NCBI GenBank assembly: GCA_017938885.1
Contig: JAGBAS010000022.1
Location: 62,144 to 126,143, forward strand
Direction of reading: 5' to 3'
Source: Clostridia bacterium
GTDB lineage: Bacteria > Bacillota > Clostridia > Oscillospirales > CAG-272
Length of the DNA: 64,000 nt
Below the pieces are notes generated by a model. The model had not been told where the DNA came from, searched no databases, and was given only the letters and a program-made list of their open reading frames with translations. Positions within the stretch are counted from its first letter, which is position 1; each line of letters begins with the position of its first letter. The translations under genes were made by a program, and so were the position numbers. This document shows positions 37,540-47,321 of the stretch, piece by piece.

Positions 37540-38253
37540 TCAAATATTCGCGACTCTGCGCACGATCTCACCGGCCATCAGAAGTCCCATCGCCGAAGGC
37601 ACGAAGGAAATGCTGGCCGGAGCGGGACGGCCGTCGTCACCGATCACATTCGCAGGTATGGGCGGCTCATCAGACCATACACATAGCAGCTTGAATATCC
37701 CGCGTTTTTTCAGTTCCCGCCGCATGACACGTGCCAGAGGGTCCGTCTCGGTCTTGGAAATGTCGCTGATCCGAAAACGCTCGGGATGGAGCTTATTACC
37801 CGCTCCCATAGCGGAAATGAGAGAAGTACCGACTGCATTGCATCGAACCGCCAGTTCAATCTTAGCGGAGACAGTGTCCACGCAGTCGGCCACGAAATCG
37901 TAGCGGGAGAGATCGAACTCGGAGGCGTTTTCGGGAAGGTAAAAGCAGACGGAGGTCTCGATATCGCAGTTTGGGTTGATATCCTTGATACGCTCAGCCA
38001 TGACCTCAGCTTTGGGCTTTCCGACCGTGGAGTGAAGCGCGACGGCTTGACGGTTCACGTTGGATAGGGAGACCGTATCCCGATCGATCAAGTGGATATG
38101 ACCTACGCCTGCACGGGCAAGCGCCTCCGCCAGATGCCCGCCAACCCCGCCGATTCCGAATACCGCTACTCGTGCGGATTGAAGACGGGAAAGCCCTACC
38201 TCGCCAATGAGCGCGGCGGTGCGGGAATGCTCGGGGGAAACGCTGATTTCCAT
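37540..38253 (-). CDS. tcdA: tRNA threonylcarbamoyladenosine dehydratase (ThiF/E1-like)
   Basis: Start set at ATG 38253, after AAGGAGGA and downstream of the promoter at 38301-38329. VAVFGIGGVGGHLAEALARAGVGHIHLIDRDTVSLSNVNRQ. Confidence 0.8.
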   Translation of the reverse strand: MEISVSPEHSRTAALIGEVGLSRLQSARVAVFGIGGVGGHLAEALARAGVGHIHLIDRDTVSLSNVNRQAVALHSTVGKPKAEVMAERIKDINPNCDIETSVCFYLPENASEFDLSRYDFVADCVDTVSAKIELAVRCNAVGTSLISAMGAGNKLHPERFRISDISKTETDPLARVMRRELKKRGIFKLLCVWSDEPPIPANVIGDDGRPAPASISFVPSAMGLLMAGEIVRRVANI

Positions 38254-38300
38254 GGTCGGATCCTCCTTGTGATAAGAACGATTTGTGAGGCACAAAGGAT

Positions 38301-38329
38301 ATTCTACCATATCTTGAAAAAAAATTCAA
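38301..38329 (-). promoter_or_regulatory. sigma-A type promoter (tcdA operon)
   Basis: Minus strand reads TTGAAT, 17 nt, (TGG)TAGAAT. Confidence 0.6.
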
Positions 38330-38337
38330 GATTATTC

Positions 38338-38366
38338 TTTACAAAAAGAGTGATTTGGAGTATAAT
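38338..38366 (+). promoter_or_regulatory. sigma-A type promoter (NUDIX-murQ operon)
   Basis: TTTACA, 17 nt, TATAAT. Confidence 0.6.
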
Positions 38367-38436
38367 ATAACTTACAACGAAAGATAAGCGGTTTTTTGGA
38401 CATTATTCCGACACCGCGACGAAAAGGAGCCATTCC

Positions 38437-39015
38437 ATGGAATATACCAAACCCGAATCCTATTTTCAGGAGACTACGGCCTCCTCCGAGCTGATCTTTG
38501 ACGGTAAGGTTCTCCATCTGTACCGAGACGATATCAATCTTCCGAACGGCGGACTCTCCATGCGGGAATACTGCAAGCACAACGGAGCTGTTGCGGTGGT
38601 ACCGTTGACCGATAAGGGTGAGGTTGTCTGCATACGCCAGTACCGATACGCCCTGGGTCGTGTGACCTTAGAGATCCCCGCAGGAAAATTTGACTACGTC
38701 GGTGAGGATCATCGCGAGGCCGCACTCCGCGAGCTCCGTGAGGAAACGGGCTATACCACCGAGCATCTGACCGACATAGGCCCCTTGGCTACCTCTCCTG
38801 CTCTTCTGACCGAGATCATCTATCTATATTTAGCCGAGGACATGGTTCCCGGGGAATGGGATCCCGATGAAGACGAGTTTCTGGAAGTTGTCAAGATTCC
38901 TCTGCCCGAGATGGTGGACATGATCCTTGCAGGGGAGATCCAGGATGCCAAGACCCAAGCGGCGGTGCTGAAGGTCTGGGCACTGAAGAAGAAAGAGAGA
39001 GGGAATAACGTATGA
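38437..39015 (+). CDS. NUDIX hydrolase (ADP-ribose pyrophosphatase-like)
   Basis: 192 aa. Nudix box GKFDYVGEDHREAALRELREETGY. AAAGGAG RBS. Confidence 0.8.
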   Translation: MEYTKPESYFQETTASSELIFDGKVLHLYRDDINLPNGGLSMREYCKHNGAVAVVPLTDKGEVVCIRQYRYALGRVTLEIPAGKFDYVGEDHREAALRELREETGYTTEHLTDIGPLATSPALLTEIIYLYLAEDMVPGEWDPDEDEFLEVVKIPLPEMVDMILAGEIQDAKTQAAVLKVWALKKKERGNNV

Positions 39016-39866
39016 AACACGATAACACCGCTCTTCGACCTGATCTCGGATCCCTCAAAACCGAGGGGCGCAACCAAAATACCCTCCACATCGACGAGAT
39101 GAGCACGCTGGACATGGTCACGGTCATGAATAACGAGAATCGAGTGGTGGAGGACGCCATTGCAACCCAACTTCCCGAGATAGCCGCCGCCATTGATCTT
39201 ATTGCCGCCTCTCTGAACAGCGGAGGTCATCTCATCTATGTCGGTGCGGGTACCTCCGGCCGTTTGGGCGTGGTGGATGCCTCCGAATGCCCTCCTACCT
39301 TCGGCGTGGATCACGACCTCGTCAGAGGCATCATGGCAGGTGGCGAGGGTGCCATGTTCCGCGCCGTTGAGGGGGCCGAAGACAACGAGGCACTCGGTGC
39401 CTATGATATCGAGACGAACGGCGTCACCGCAGGTGACGTAGTGGTAGGGCTCTCCGCTTCGGGCGGTGCGCCTTACGTTTTGGGTGCTCTGAAGAAGGCC
39501 CGCGAGCTCGGTGCCATTCCCCTCGGCATCACCTGCAATCCCGACAGCCGTATGCATCCCCTCTGCGACGTCATAATCGCCCCCTTTGTAGGCCCCGAGG
39601 TCATCACAGGCTCTTCCCGTCTTAAGGCAGGCACCGCTCAGAAGCTGATTCTGAATATGCTTTCCACGGGTGCCATGGTGAAGACGGGTAAGGTAGTAGG
39701 CAATCTCATGGTCAACGTCCGCCCCACGAACGTCAAGCTTCGCGACCGTTGCATCCGCATCCTTATGGAGCTCGGCTGTTGCGACCGCCCTACTGCCGAG
39801 GCATTGATCGACAAGCACGGGGATATTCGTAAGTCTCTGACTGAATTGGAGAAGATACATGAGTAG
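39012..39866 (+). CDS. murQ: N-acetylmuramic acid 6-phosphate etherase
   Basis: 284 aa. SIS domain with GGHLIYVGAGTSGRLGVVDASECPPTFGV. ATGA overlap with the upstream gene. Confidence 0.9.
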   Translation: MKHDNTALRPDLGSLKTEGRNQNTLHIDEMSTLDMVTVMNNENRVVEDAIATQLPEIAAAIDLIAASLNSGGHLIYVGAGTSGRLGVVDASECPPTFGVDHDLVRGIMAGGEGAMFRAVEGAEDNEALGAYDIETNGVTAGDVVVGLSASGGAPYVLGALKKARELGAIPLGITCNPDSRMHPLCDVIIAPFVGPEVITGSSRLKAGTAQKLILNMLSTGAMVKTGKVVGNLMVNVRPTNVKLRDRCIRILMELGCCDRPTAEALIDKHGDIRKSLTELEKIHE

Positions 39867-40383
39867 TTACTATGTAGGCCTCATGTTTTGTTTGGTTCTG
39901 CCTATGGTCTATCCTATCTTTCGCAGTGAAGCCACCGCGGAGCTTTTAAGTCGCGGTATCCGTATCAGAGATATCCGCCGAAAGCAAAAAGGAGCCGGAA
40001 ATTTCTGGTTCTATACCGAGCTGGAGGCCGCCTACGGACTTGGAAGGTACGGTAAGCTCCTGCGGATCTACCCCATCATAGCGGGAACGCTGACCGCTGT
40101 CCATATCCCCCTTGGGTGGATCACATTTCTTTCGGTTCCCGACCTCGTAGCTGTGACCGGGACCGCCCTGTATCTTTCAGCCATGATCCTCATGGTCTGC
40201 GTCCGCCGCAACCGACGTCTCTTTGGCGAAACTTTTGTTCTCTGGGGCAAGCGTGTAAAGCGGAACCACGCAGGAAAGAGGCTGTATATCGAACACTACT
40301 CGATTATCTTCGATCTTGCCGTCATGGCTTTGCCTCTCACGCTACCTGCCATGATGGGCTGGTTTAAGCATTTGGGTTGGTGA
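39859..40383 (+). CDS. integral membrane protein, unknown function
   Basis: 174 aa with about 4 hydrophobic helices. Overlaps the murQ stop. Confidence 0.55.
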   Translation: MSSYYVGLMFCLVLPMVYPIFRSEATAELLSRGIRIRDIRRKQKGAGNFWFYTELEAAYGLGRYGKLLRIYPIIAGTLTAVHIPLGWITFLSVPDLVAVTGTALYLSAMILMVCVRRNRRLFGETFVLWGKRVKRNHAGKRLYIEHYSIIFDLAVMALPLTLPAMMGWFKHLGW

Positions 40384-40477
40384 TGCATACATACCATAGC
40401 CTCGCAGGATGTCCTATCGGGCACTATGCTTTCGGCTGAATCAAACTTATAAATTCCAAACGCAAAGGAGAAATCAT

Positions 40478-41113
40478 ATGAATCTGCAAGGAAAGATCAT
40501 CAATGTTCTGGGTGACAGCATTACTCAGGGGCACGGCACCTCCGGCCCCGAGCATTTCTACGTCAACGTCCTGGGCGACCTGGTAGGAGCGGCTGAGGTC
40601 CGCAACTTTGGCATTGGAGGTACCCGTCTGGCCCGCCAGTACGGCGCGGATAACTATCCCTGGCCCTTCACCGAGCGTTACAAGGATATGCCCGACGACG
40701 CCGACCTGGTCCTGGTCTTCGGCGGTACCAACGATTACGGTCATGGCGATGCGCCCTTTGGGGGGTTCGCAGATCGCACCAACGATACCTTTGTCGGTGC
40801 TTGCCACTTTTTGTTTTCGGAGCTCATCAAGAAGTATCCGTTTGCCCGCATCGTGATTCTGACCCCCTGCCAACGTGCCTGCGGTCTGATCCCTTCTCCG
40901 GTCACCGGCAAGCCCCTCATTGACTACGTAGATGCCATGCGTGAGGTCGCCGCCCACTACTCGCTCCCCGTGTTGGATCTGTACCGCGAGGGATGTATCT
41001 GCCCAGACATAGAAAAGCACCGGGAAATGTTCATGCCCGACGGACTTCATCCCAACGATGCAGGAGCATACCGTCTCGCCGAGCGCATTGCCGCGTTTCT
41101 CGCAACTCTGTAA
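40478..41113 (+). CDS. SGNH/GDSL hydrolase family protein
   Basis: Start set at ATG 40478 after AAAGGAGAA. Block I is VLGDSITQGHG, followed by GGTND and a C-terminal DGLHPN. Confidence 0.8.
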   Translation: MNLQGKIINVLGDSITQGHGTSGPEHFYVNVLGDLVGAAEVRNFGIGGTRLARQYGADNYPWPFTERYKDMPDDADLVLVFGGTNDYGHGDAPFGGFADRTNDTFVGACHFLFSELIKKYPFARIVILTPCQRACGLIPSPVTGKPLIDYVDAMREVAAHYSLPVLDLYREGCICPDIEKHREMFMPDGLHPNDAGAYRLAERIAAFLATL

Positions 41114-41147
41114 TGCCAGGCAATCAAAACCCGAAATATATATAAGA

Positions 41148-41186
41148 AAAGCCCGTTTCCGTGAAGAAGCGGGCTTTGCATTTTTT
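41148..41186. terminator. bidirectional rho-independent terminator
   Basis: Stem AAAGCCCGTTTC / GAAGCGGGCTTT, followed by GCATTTTTT. T-rich on the opposite strand as well. Confidence 0.7.
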
Positions 41187-41232
41187 GAAAAATATAAGGC
41201 TGTTGAAAGTCTCTCTTTCGCTTCCGATTGTC

Positions 41233-42099
41233 TCACATCCCCAAATGTCTGCGTTTTCTGCGCGGTTTCGAAGCGGAAGCATTTTTGCCCTCCCCGCCGC
41301 CACAGCCACAGTCGCCGCAATCACAGCAATCTCCGCCGCAGTCACAGTCGCCTCCGCCGCCTAAGCAGAGCAGAATGACGAGAACGATTACGCCTACTCC
41401 CAACAGAACTCCGAATGAGGCAAAGGACGAGAATCGAAGCCAGGGTGATTCCTCCTCCGAGCAAGCGACGTGAAGCGCGATGATCGCAATGAGTGTCCAA
41501 AGCAGATTGAAGAAAGTAAAGCTGAAAAGAACCTTGCTTTCGCCTTTGACCCAGAACACAATGCTGAAAATCATCAGTAACAAGGTCAAAAGACAGGTCA
41601 GCCCCGTCCAAAGCCCGTAGCGATCAGGGCTTGCATGAATCAACAAGCTAACCAAAACGAACAAAACTGCGGGAACCAGGAACCCTAATAGCAGTCTTCC
41701 GTGTGTCGGTTCATGTTCGATGCGAACATAATATGCCGCTATGCAGAGGGAGGTTCCGGTAGCGTTGATGACAATTCCCGCAATATACAGCAGAGACTTG
41801 ACCCATCCGATGCGAATAACGTCCCGGCTGCCTCCCAAAAGATGGCATGGAATGGCCAAAAGAGAGGTCAAGACTCCGAAGATCAACACGGCCATGGATT
41901 CGATCTCGTGCGAGAAGACCGTATGCCACACAGGGATCAGCAAACAGAACAAAAGGGAAGTGAATATGCCGAAAAGCGGGATCATTCTTCCCCGTACACG
42001 ATAGGCATCTTTCATCCTTACGGTTTCCTGAGCGTAATAAGCTTCATCGTCGGCAAGCTCTTCCGAAGCATGATAGCGGCTTTCATCCGGCTCAAACAT
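41233..42099 (-). CDS. polytopic membrane protein with a C-terminal Gly/Asp/Cys-repeat tail
   Basis: 288 aa with about 7 hydrophobic helices. The tail is GGGGDCDCGGDCCDCGDCGCGGGEG followed by basic KPRRKRRH. Confidence 0.55.
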   Translation of the reverse strand: MFEPDESRYHASEELADDEAYYAQETVRMKDAYRVRGRMIPLFGIFTSLLFCLLIPVWHTVFSHEIESMAVLIFGVLTSLLAIPCHLLGGSRDVIRIGWVKSLLYIAGIVINATGTSLCIAAYYVRIEHEPTHGRLLLGFLVPAVLFVLVSLLIHASPDRYGLWTGLTCLLTLLLMIFSIVFWVKGESKVLFSFTFFNLLWTLIAIIALHVACSEEESPWLRFSSFASFGVLLGVGVIVLVILLCLGGGGDCDCGGDCCDCGDCGCGGGEGKNASASKPRRKRRHLGM

Positions 42100-42239
42100 T
42101 GCAATCCCCTTTCGAGTGTCAGTAAAATCTGTTCAAGTGAATATATTATATCACAAACCGAACAAGAATTCAATAGATTGGAAGAAAAAATAAAAAGAAA
42201 ACAGGGCCCCAAAAGCCCCGTTTTCAGCTTGGATAGGCA

Positions 42240-42476
42240 TTACAGATTATGCTCTGCCTTCCATTCCTCAGCCTTAGCGGCAGACATGCGCTTGATGTCC
42301 TCCTTGGCATGAATGGAATCCTCACCGCCGTTTACGTACAAGAAGTACTTGCCGCCCTCAGTGACGTAGAGAGTCTCCTCAAAGCCGGCGGGCTCGCCGA
42401 AGTTGCCCTCGGTGTACTTGGCGACGAGCGTCGAAGCCTCGGTGTCGTATTCGACCTTGCAAATGATCTTTTTCAT
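42240..42476 (-). CDS. small conserved hypothetical protein
   Basis: 78 aa (MKKIICKVEYDTEAS...YFLYVNGGEDS). AAGGAAG RBS and its own promoter at 42552-42580. Confidence 0.6.
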   Translation of the reverse strand: MKKIICKVEYDTEASTLVAKYTEGNFGEPAGFEETLYVTEGGKYFLYVNGGEDSIHAKEDIKRMSAAKAEEWKAEHNL

Positions 42477-42551
42477 TGTGTAGCTTCCTTTTCAAATCAA
42501 ATTTTGTATGAAGGTATATGCCAGCATGAGCACATACGTTCTCATAGTATC

Positions 42552-42580
42552 AGTATATCATAGAATCGCCATATTTTCAA
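42552..42580 (-). promoter_or_regulatory. sigma-A type promoter
   Basis: Minus strand reads TTGAAA, 17 nt, (TGA)TATACT. Confidence 0.6.
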
Positions 42581-42714
42581 TGGTATATTCTCCGAAATAC
42601 ATCGCTTTTCCTTTGAAAACATTAGAAAACATTCATAATTTCATCATAAAAACGTCGGATGCTCCATATTATGGCGAAGCACAAATTTACCTTATAAAAA
42701 AGTAGATGAAACTC

Positions 42715-42743
42715 TTGATTTTATGATGGAATTATGATATAAT
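42715..42743 (+). promoter_or_regulatory. sigma-A type promoter of the acyl-transfer cassette
   Basis: AAACTCTTGATT, 17 nt, (TGA)TATAAT. Confidence 0.65.
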
Positions 42744-42795
42744 GTGAATAATTATGACACCCTTCGACAAATTCTGATTTAACCGGAAAACACAT

Positions 42796-44730
42796 ATGAA
42801 ACTTGACAATATTCGCAATTTCCCAACCATCGACGCTTACGTTACCGATAAGCTTTCGCGCTACGCCTCAACGCCTCACAGCATGGAAACGTTGTACAGC
42901 TATATGTTCGACGAAACCGACAACGTCATGACCGAGACCACCGACGGTTACCGCATACAAAAGACGACCTACGGAGAAGCCAAGCTCCGTATTGAGTCTG
43001 TGACCCGCTCCTTAAGCAAAGCTCTCAGCGACGTTCCTCCCGGAAGCATGGTCGGTCTTTATGCAAGTAGCACCCCGGATTTCATCACGGTATTCTGGGC
43101 GATTCTCGGTTGCGGCTTCTCCGTTCTGCTCATGAATACCCGTCTGCCCGCCACAGCCTTGGAGCAGGTAATTATGAATCAGAACGTGGCGGCTGTGGTA
43201 TCCGACGGGGAGGCATTTTCGGTCAAAACCATACGCTTATCAGAGCTCCTGGCCCTTTCTTCTGAGCCGAACTGTGGGGAAACCGTTGCATCCTTTGGTC
43301 AAGAGGTTACGTTTATGTCTTCCGGCACGTCCGAGACAGTCAAGCTTTGCACGTATACGGGAGAAAGCTTTTACCAACAGGTACGGGAAAGCGTGGATAT
43401 CATCCGTAGCTGTCCCGCCATCAAAGAGCATTACGATGGCCAGCTCAAGCATCTGGTGCTCTTGCCCTTCTGTCACGTTTTCGGTTTCATAGCGGTCTAC
43501 CTGTGGTTCGGCTTCTTTGGCCGTACCTTCGTATTCCCAAAGGATCTGAACCCGGCTACTGTGCAAAATACCATCCGAAAGCATAAGGTCACCCATGTTT
43601 TCGCCGTTCCTATGGTCTGGGAGGCTGTCCACAAAGCCGCTATTCGAAAGATTCGAGCTCGCGGTGACAAAACCTACCGCAGATTTACCCGTGCCGTATC
43701 GCTTGTCAATCGTATGGGGAAGCTCGGTAATACGGTCGCCCGAAAAGCTCTGCACGAGGTGCGGGACGGCTTGTTCGGTGACAGTATTCGTTTTCTCATT
43801 TCGGGCGGTAGCCATATTTCCTCCGATACCATGGCGTTTTTCAACGGTATAGGCTACCATCTGGCAAACGGTTACGGTATGACCGAGTTGGGCATCACTT
43901 CGGTTGAGCGATCCTCCGTGCGAAGCGTATTGAATTCCACCTCGGTCGGAAGTCCCTTCGGCGGAACCGAATATCGCATCAGCCCTGAAGGCGAGCTCTT
44001 GGTTCGCTCCAAGACACGTGCCGTTCGCATTACGGTTGGCCGCACCAGCACCGAAACAAACCTACAGGATTGGTTCCCGACGGGAGACCTTGCCGAGGAA
44101 CGGAACCGTCACTACTACGTCAAGGGCCGCCGGGATGATCTTCTGATCGGCCTTGACGGTGAGAATATCAATCCCGTTCTGGCTGAATCCTCCATCTCTG
44201 TTTCGGGCGCAGAGCAGGTATGCCTCCTTCAGGTCGAAGGAGACGTTATTCTGCTTGCCTCCATACCCGGTGTCTATTCGGCCGATGCCCTCCACCGTAT
44301 CCATCGTGAGCTCGCTTCCTCCCTGGAGCCCTTGAAGCTCTCCCGAACCGTTCGAAGAATTTTGCTGACCGACCAGCCCCTGCTCGCAAGCGGTGAGATC
44401 AAGATCAGCCGCAAGAGGCTGTCACGCGCCTTGAAGACCGGAGAACTGTCGGTTTTTGATGCAACGGGCATTGCCAAGCGAACTGAGGAACGCCTTTCCG
44501 CATTAGAAGCAGAGGTGAGAGAGTGCTTTGCCGTTGCTTTATCACGTCCCGCCTCGGATATCCCATCGGATGCTCATTTTTTCAACGAGCTCGGAGGAAC
44601 GAGCCTGGAATATTTCGCATTGCAAGGTGAGCTGAAGTCGAGGTTTGCTCTGGATGCCGCAAGCACCGAGGAAAACGCTCTCTTTTCCGTTCGGGATTTC
44701 ACAGAGGCTATCCGCTCACAAAACACATAA
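42796..44730 (+). CDS. adenylate-forming enzyme fused to a C-terminal carrier (PCP/ACP) domain
   Basis: 644 aa. ANL core motifs: SSGTSETVK (atypical P-loop), LPFCHVFGF, GYGMTE, FPTGDL, KGRRDDLLI, GEIKISRK. Carrier motif FFNELGGTSLEYF. Confidence 0.8.
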   Translation: MKLDNIRNFPTIDAYVTDKLSRYASTPHSMETLYSYMFDETDNVMTETTDGYRIQKTTYGEAKLRIESVTRSLSKALSDVPPGSMVGLYASSTPDFITVFWAILGCGFSVLLMNTRLPATALEQVIMNQNVAAVVSDGEAFSVKTIRLSELLALSSEPNCGETVASFGQEVTFMSSGTSETVKLCTYTGESFYQQVRESVDIIRSCPAIKEHYDGQLKHLVLLPFCHVFGFIAVYLWFGFFGRTFVFPKDLNPATVQNTIRKHKVTHVFAVPMVWEAVHKAAIRKIRARGDKTYRRFTRAVSLVNRMGKLGNTVARKALHEVRDGLFGDSIRFLISGGSHISSDTMAFFNGIGYHLANGYGMTELGITSVERSSVRSVLNSTSVGSPFGGTEYRISPEGELLVRSKTRAVRITVGRTSTETNLQDWFPTGDLAEERNRHYYVKGRRDDLLIGLDGENINPVLAESSISVSGAEQVCLLQVEGDVILLASIPGVYSADALHRIHRELASSLEPLKLSRTVRRILLTDQPLLASGEIKISRKRLSRALKTGELSVFDATGIAKRTEERLSALEAEVRECFAVALSRPASDIPSDAHFFNELGGTSLEYFALQGELKSRFALDAASTEENALFSVRDFTEAIRSQNT

Positions 44731-44754
44731 TACCCCCAGATTAAGGAGACTGTC

Positions 44755-46668
44755 ATGGTTGGTTCCTTGAATAAGAAGTGGAAGGAATTCCTCTTTGCCT
44801 TTTCGGGCTTTGGCCCTAATTTCCTTATGGTGCTTATGGGCTCATACTATTCCGATGCCCTCAATCCCGCCGCGCTGGAATCGGGTGAGCAGCTGCAAGC
44901 CATTGTCCCCGGCTTCTGCTTCATCCTGCCCGCTCTTTTCCCAATTCTATTCGCGTTGGGTAAGATCTTCGATGGCATCATCGATATCCCCTTTGCTTAC
45001 ATCACCGATACGCTTTCCACAAAATGGGGACGCCGCCGCCCGGCCATTGCAGTTTGTTTCCTCCCCATGCTCCTGGGCTTCGTCCTGTCCTGGGTCATGC
45101 CCGTGCGGGCTGAATACAGCCTGTTCAATACGCTGTGGGTCTTCTTCTGGAATCTGGTTTTCTTTGCCAGCTATACCATGTGCCTCATAGCCTTCTACGG
45201 CTCTCTTTCCACCACCTGCGAAGACGAGCCACAAAGGTTACGTGTCTCCGGATATAAATCCTTCTTTGATACCATATCCTACTGCCTGGTATACGCCCTG
45301 GTTCCCGTTGTGTTGAAAGGGCTGGATATCCACATCCATATTCTCGTCTACGCTTGCATTCCCCTCATGCTTACCATGCTGATTCCGCTGTTCCTAATCA
45401 AGGAGGGAGAAAAGTACGGCTATCCCGAGAATCGCGGGCTGTCTCCTGAGAAGATAACACTCAAGGAGTCCATCCATCTGACCTTCCGAAACCGTGTGTT
45501 TCGCCAGTGGCTTCTTGTAAACTGCTGCACCTTTTTCGGGTTGCAAATGTTCCTCTCAGCCATGAACGGACTCATCATCGGCGGCATGGGGCTGAACGGT
45601 CTGCAAATGGCTCTCTTGAATACCTGCGCCTTTGCTCCCGTGCCTGTTATGCTGTACCTGTTCAATAAGTCTAAGGCACGCTTCGGAGTGCGCGCAACCT
45701 ACCGTTCCTGCCTTTTGACCTTCGCCGTAGCCATAATGAGCTTCTTCTTAGGCTCTCGTTTCCTGCTGGGAGAAGGTAATTTCGCTGCCAAAATGGCGAT
45801 CGGTGCCGTCGGAAGTCTGTTTGCCAGCTGGTCCATCGGTGCATTCTTCATGATGCCCTACCTTGCCCCCTCCCAAATTTCAAGTGTCGAAGAACGGCTT
45901 ACGGGGAAGAATCATTCCGCCATGTATTTTGCCGGTAACGCCGTCGCCACCTCCATCGTGGGTGCCGTTTCCGGGTCTTTGATCTACGAGTACATCAAGA
46001 ACATATTTTTCTCGAAGGATGGCGGTTTTACCTGGGCCTCCGATTCCTACGAGGCTTACCGTGCGATCCATGGACTTGATGCATCTGTTGAGGTGTCCGC
46101 CTCGGAGGCCGCCTCGGTTTATAATTTCGGTAATCTGACAGTCCCCTTCATCGTATGTGTCACCTGTATTCTCGGCTATTTCTTGGCCTCCAAGCTTCCT
46201 CGTGATTTCACCCCCTCGATCCTGGCTCGCCAATTCAAGGAATTCGACCCGTCTCTTGATATTTCTGAATTTGAATCCGAGAAAACCCAAAAGGAGCAAG
46301 GTGAGATCGTATTCGTTCAAGTGGGATTAACGATCCTGTCCGGTTTTCTGTTTGGATTTATTTGGTGCGGATTTCTACTGAAGTCCGTCCGAAAACTGAC
46401 GGGAAAGATCAGCTCCCTTCCTTTGTGGCTCCTGTCTTGCTTCGTCCCCTTCGGGCAGATTATCACCGTGATCCGTCTCCGCCGAATTCTTCTTGCTCAA
46501 GCAACCGCAACAGGGAAGCAGGTAAAGCTCCCTCTTATTCCACTGCTGATTCTCTCCTGCGTATTCCCTCTCCTGCCCTTGAACGTCATTGCTCTGGCGG
46601 TTCTGCAAAACGCTATCAACCGACTCATTCAGGAGGATAACCCGGTTCGAGAGGTTGCTCCATGCTGA
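44755..46668 (+). CDS. GPH/MFS-type transporter with an extra C-terminal membrane region
   Basis: 637 aa. The N-terminus FSGFGPNFLMVLMGSYYSDAL resembles the GPH (MelB/MFS_2) signature. About 12 TM helices plus about 4 additional C-terminal helices. AAGGAGA RBS. Confidence 0.7.
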   Translation: MVGSLNKKWKEFLFAFSGFGPNFLMVLMGSYYSDALNPAALESGEQLQAIVPGFCFILPALFPILFALGKIFDGIIDIPFAYITDTLSTKWGRRRPAIAVCFLPMLLGFVLSWVMPVRAEYSLFNTLWVFFWNLVFFASYTMCLIAFYGSLSTTCEDEPQRLRVSGYKSFFDTISYCLVYALVPVVLKGLDIHIHILVYACIPLMLTMLIPLFLIKEGEKYGYPENRGLSPEKITLKESIHLTFRNRVFRQWLLVNCCTFFGLQMFLSAMNGLIIGGMGLNGLQMALLNTCAFAPVPVMLYLFNKSKARFGVRATYRSCLLTFAVAIMSFFLGSRFLLGEGNFAAKMAIGAVGSLFASWSIGAFFMMPYLAPSQISSVEERLTGKNHSAMYFAGNAVATSIVGAVSGSLIYEYIKNIFFSKDGGFTWASDSYEAYRAIHGLDASVEVSASEAASVYNFGNLTVPFIVCVTCILGYFLASKLPRDFTPSILARQFKEFDPSLDISEFESEKTQKEQGEIVFVQVGLTILSGFLFGFIWCGFLLKSVRKLTGKISSLPLWLLSCFVPFGQIITVIRLRRILLAQATATGKQVKLPLIPLLILSCVFPLLPLNVIALAVLQNAINRLIQEDNPVREVAPC

Positions 46669-47321
46669 TCTCTCTGTTTCACTGGTTCGTCAAGATCACG
46701 GGCTATATCCCCCAAAAGCTTCTGTTTCGCACGAAGGTCTACTACGAAGAGGGGGCCAAAGCATCTCGCCGTATCAAGGGAAAGGCAATTCTTGTATCCA
46801 ACCATACATCTGTATTCGATTTTGCGACCTTCCTGTTCCTGTTTCCGACTCGTACCCTCCGTGCTCTTGCGGCCGAGGTGCTCTATGAGCGCGGTCCCTT
46901 CATGAGGCTGTGCCTTTCCTGCTTTGGCATGATCCGTGTTGATCGGAACGAGCGCGATTTCTCTTTTCTGGGTAAGGCTGCCCGTATTCTGGAAAAGGGA
47001 GGCGTTCTTGAGATCTATCCGGAGGCTCGTCTTCCAAAGGAGGGCGAGACAAGGCCCCTGCCCTTTAAGCCCTCCGCCGCTTACATTGCGATGGAGACAG
47101 ACACCCCCATTATCCCCATCTACACAACGGGTAAGCTCTTCTGCAAGGAGCGCAACCGTGTCATCATCGGAAGGCCCTTGAACCTTAGGGAGCTTGCCGA
47201 CGACAAACTGAGCATGACCGAGAACATTGATCTGCTAACGCAAGCTTTGAGAGGTAAAGTCATTGAACTCCAAGAACAGCTCCAAGCCCATGTCACCGAG
47301 GAAGAAAATAACCATCGGTAA
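46662..47321 (+). CDS. PlsC-type (lysophospholipid) acyltransferase
   Basis: 219 aa. HX4D motif SNHTSVFD, later EIYPEARL and PIIPIYT blocks. ATGCTGA overlap with the transporter gene. Confidence 0.8.
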   Translation: MLISLFHWFVKITGYIPQKLLFRTKVYYEEGAKASRRIKGKAILVSNHTSVFDFATFLFLFPTRTLRALAAEVLYERGPFMRLCLSCFGMIRVDRNERDFSFLGKAARILEKGGVLEIYPEARLPKEGETRPLPFKPSAAYIAMETDTPIIPIYTTGKLFCKERNRVIIGRPLNLRELADDKLSMTENIDLLTQALRGKVIELQEQLQAHVTEEENNHR

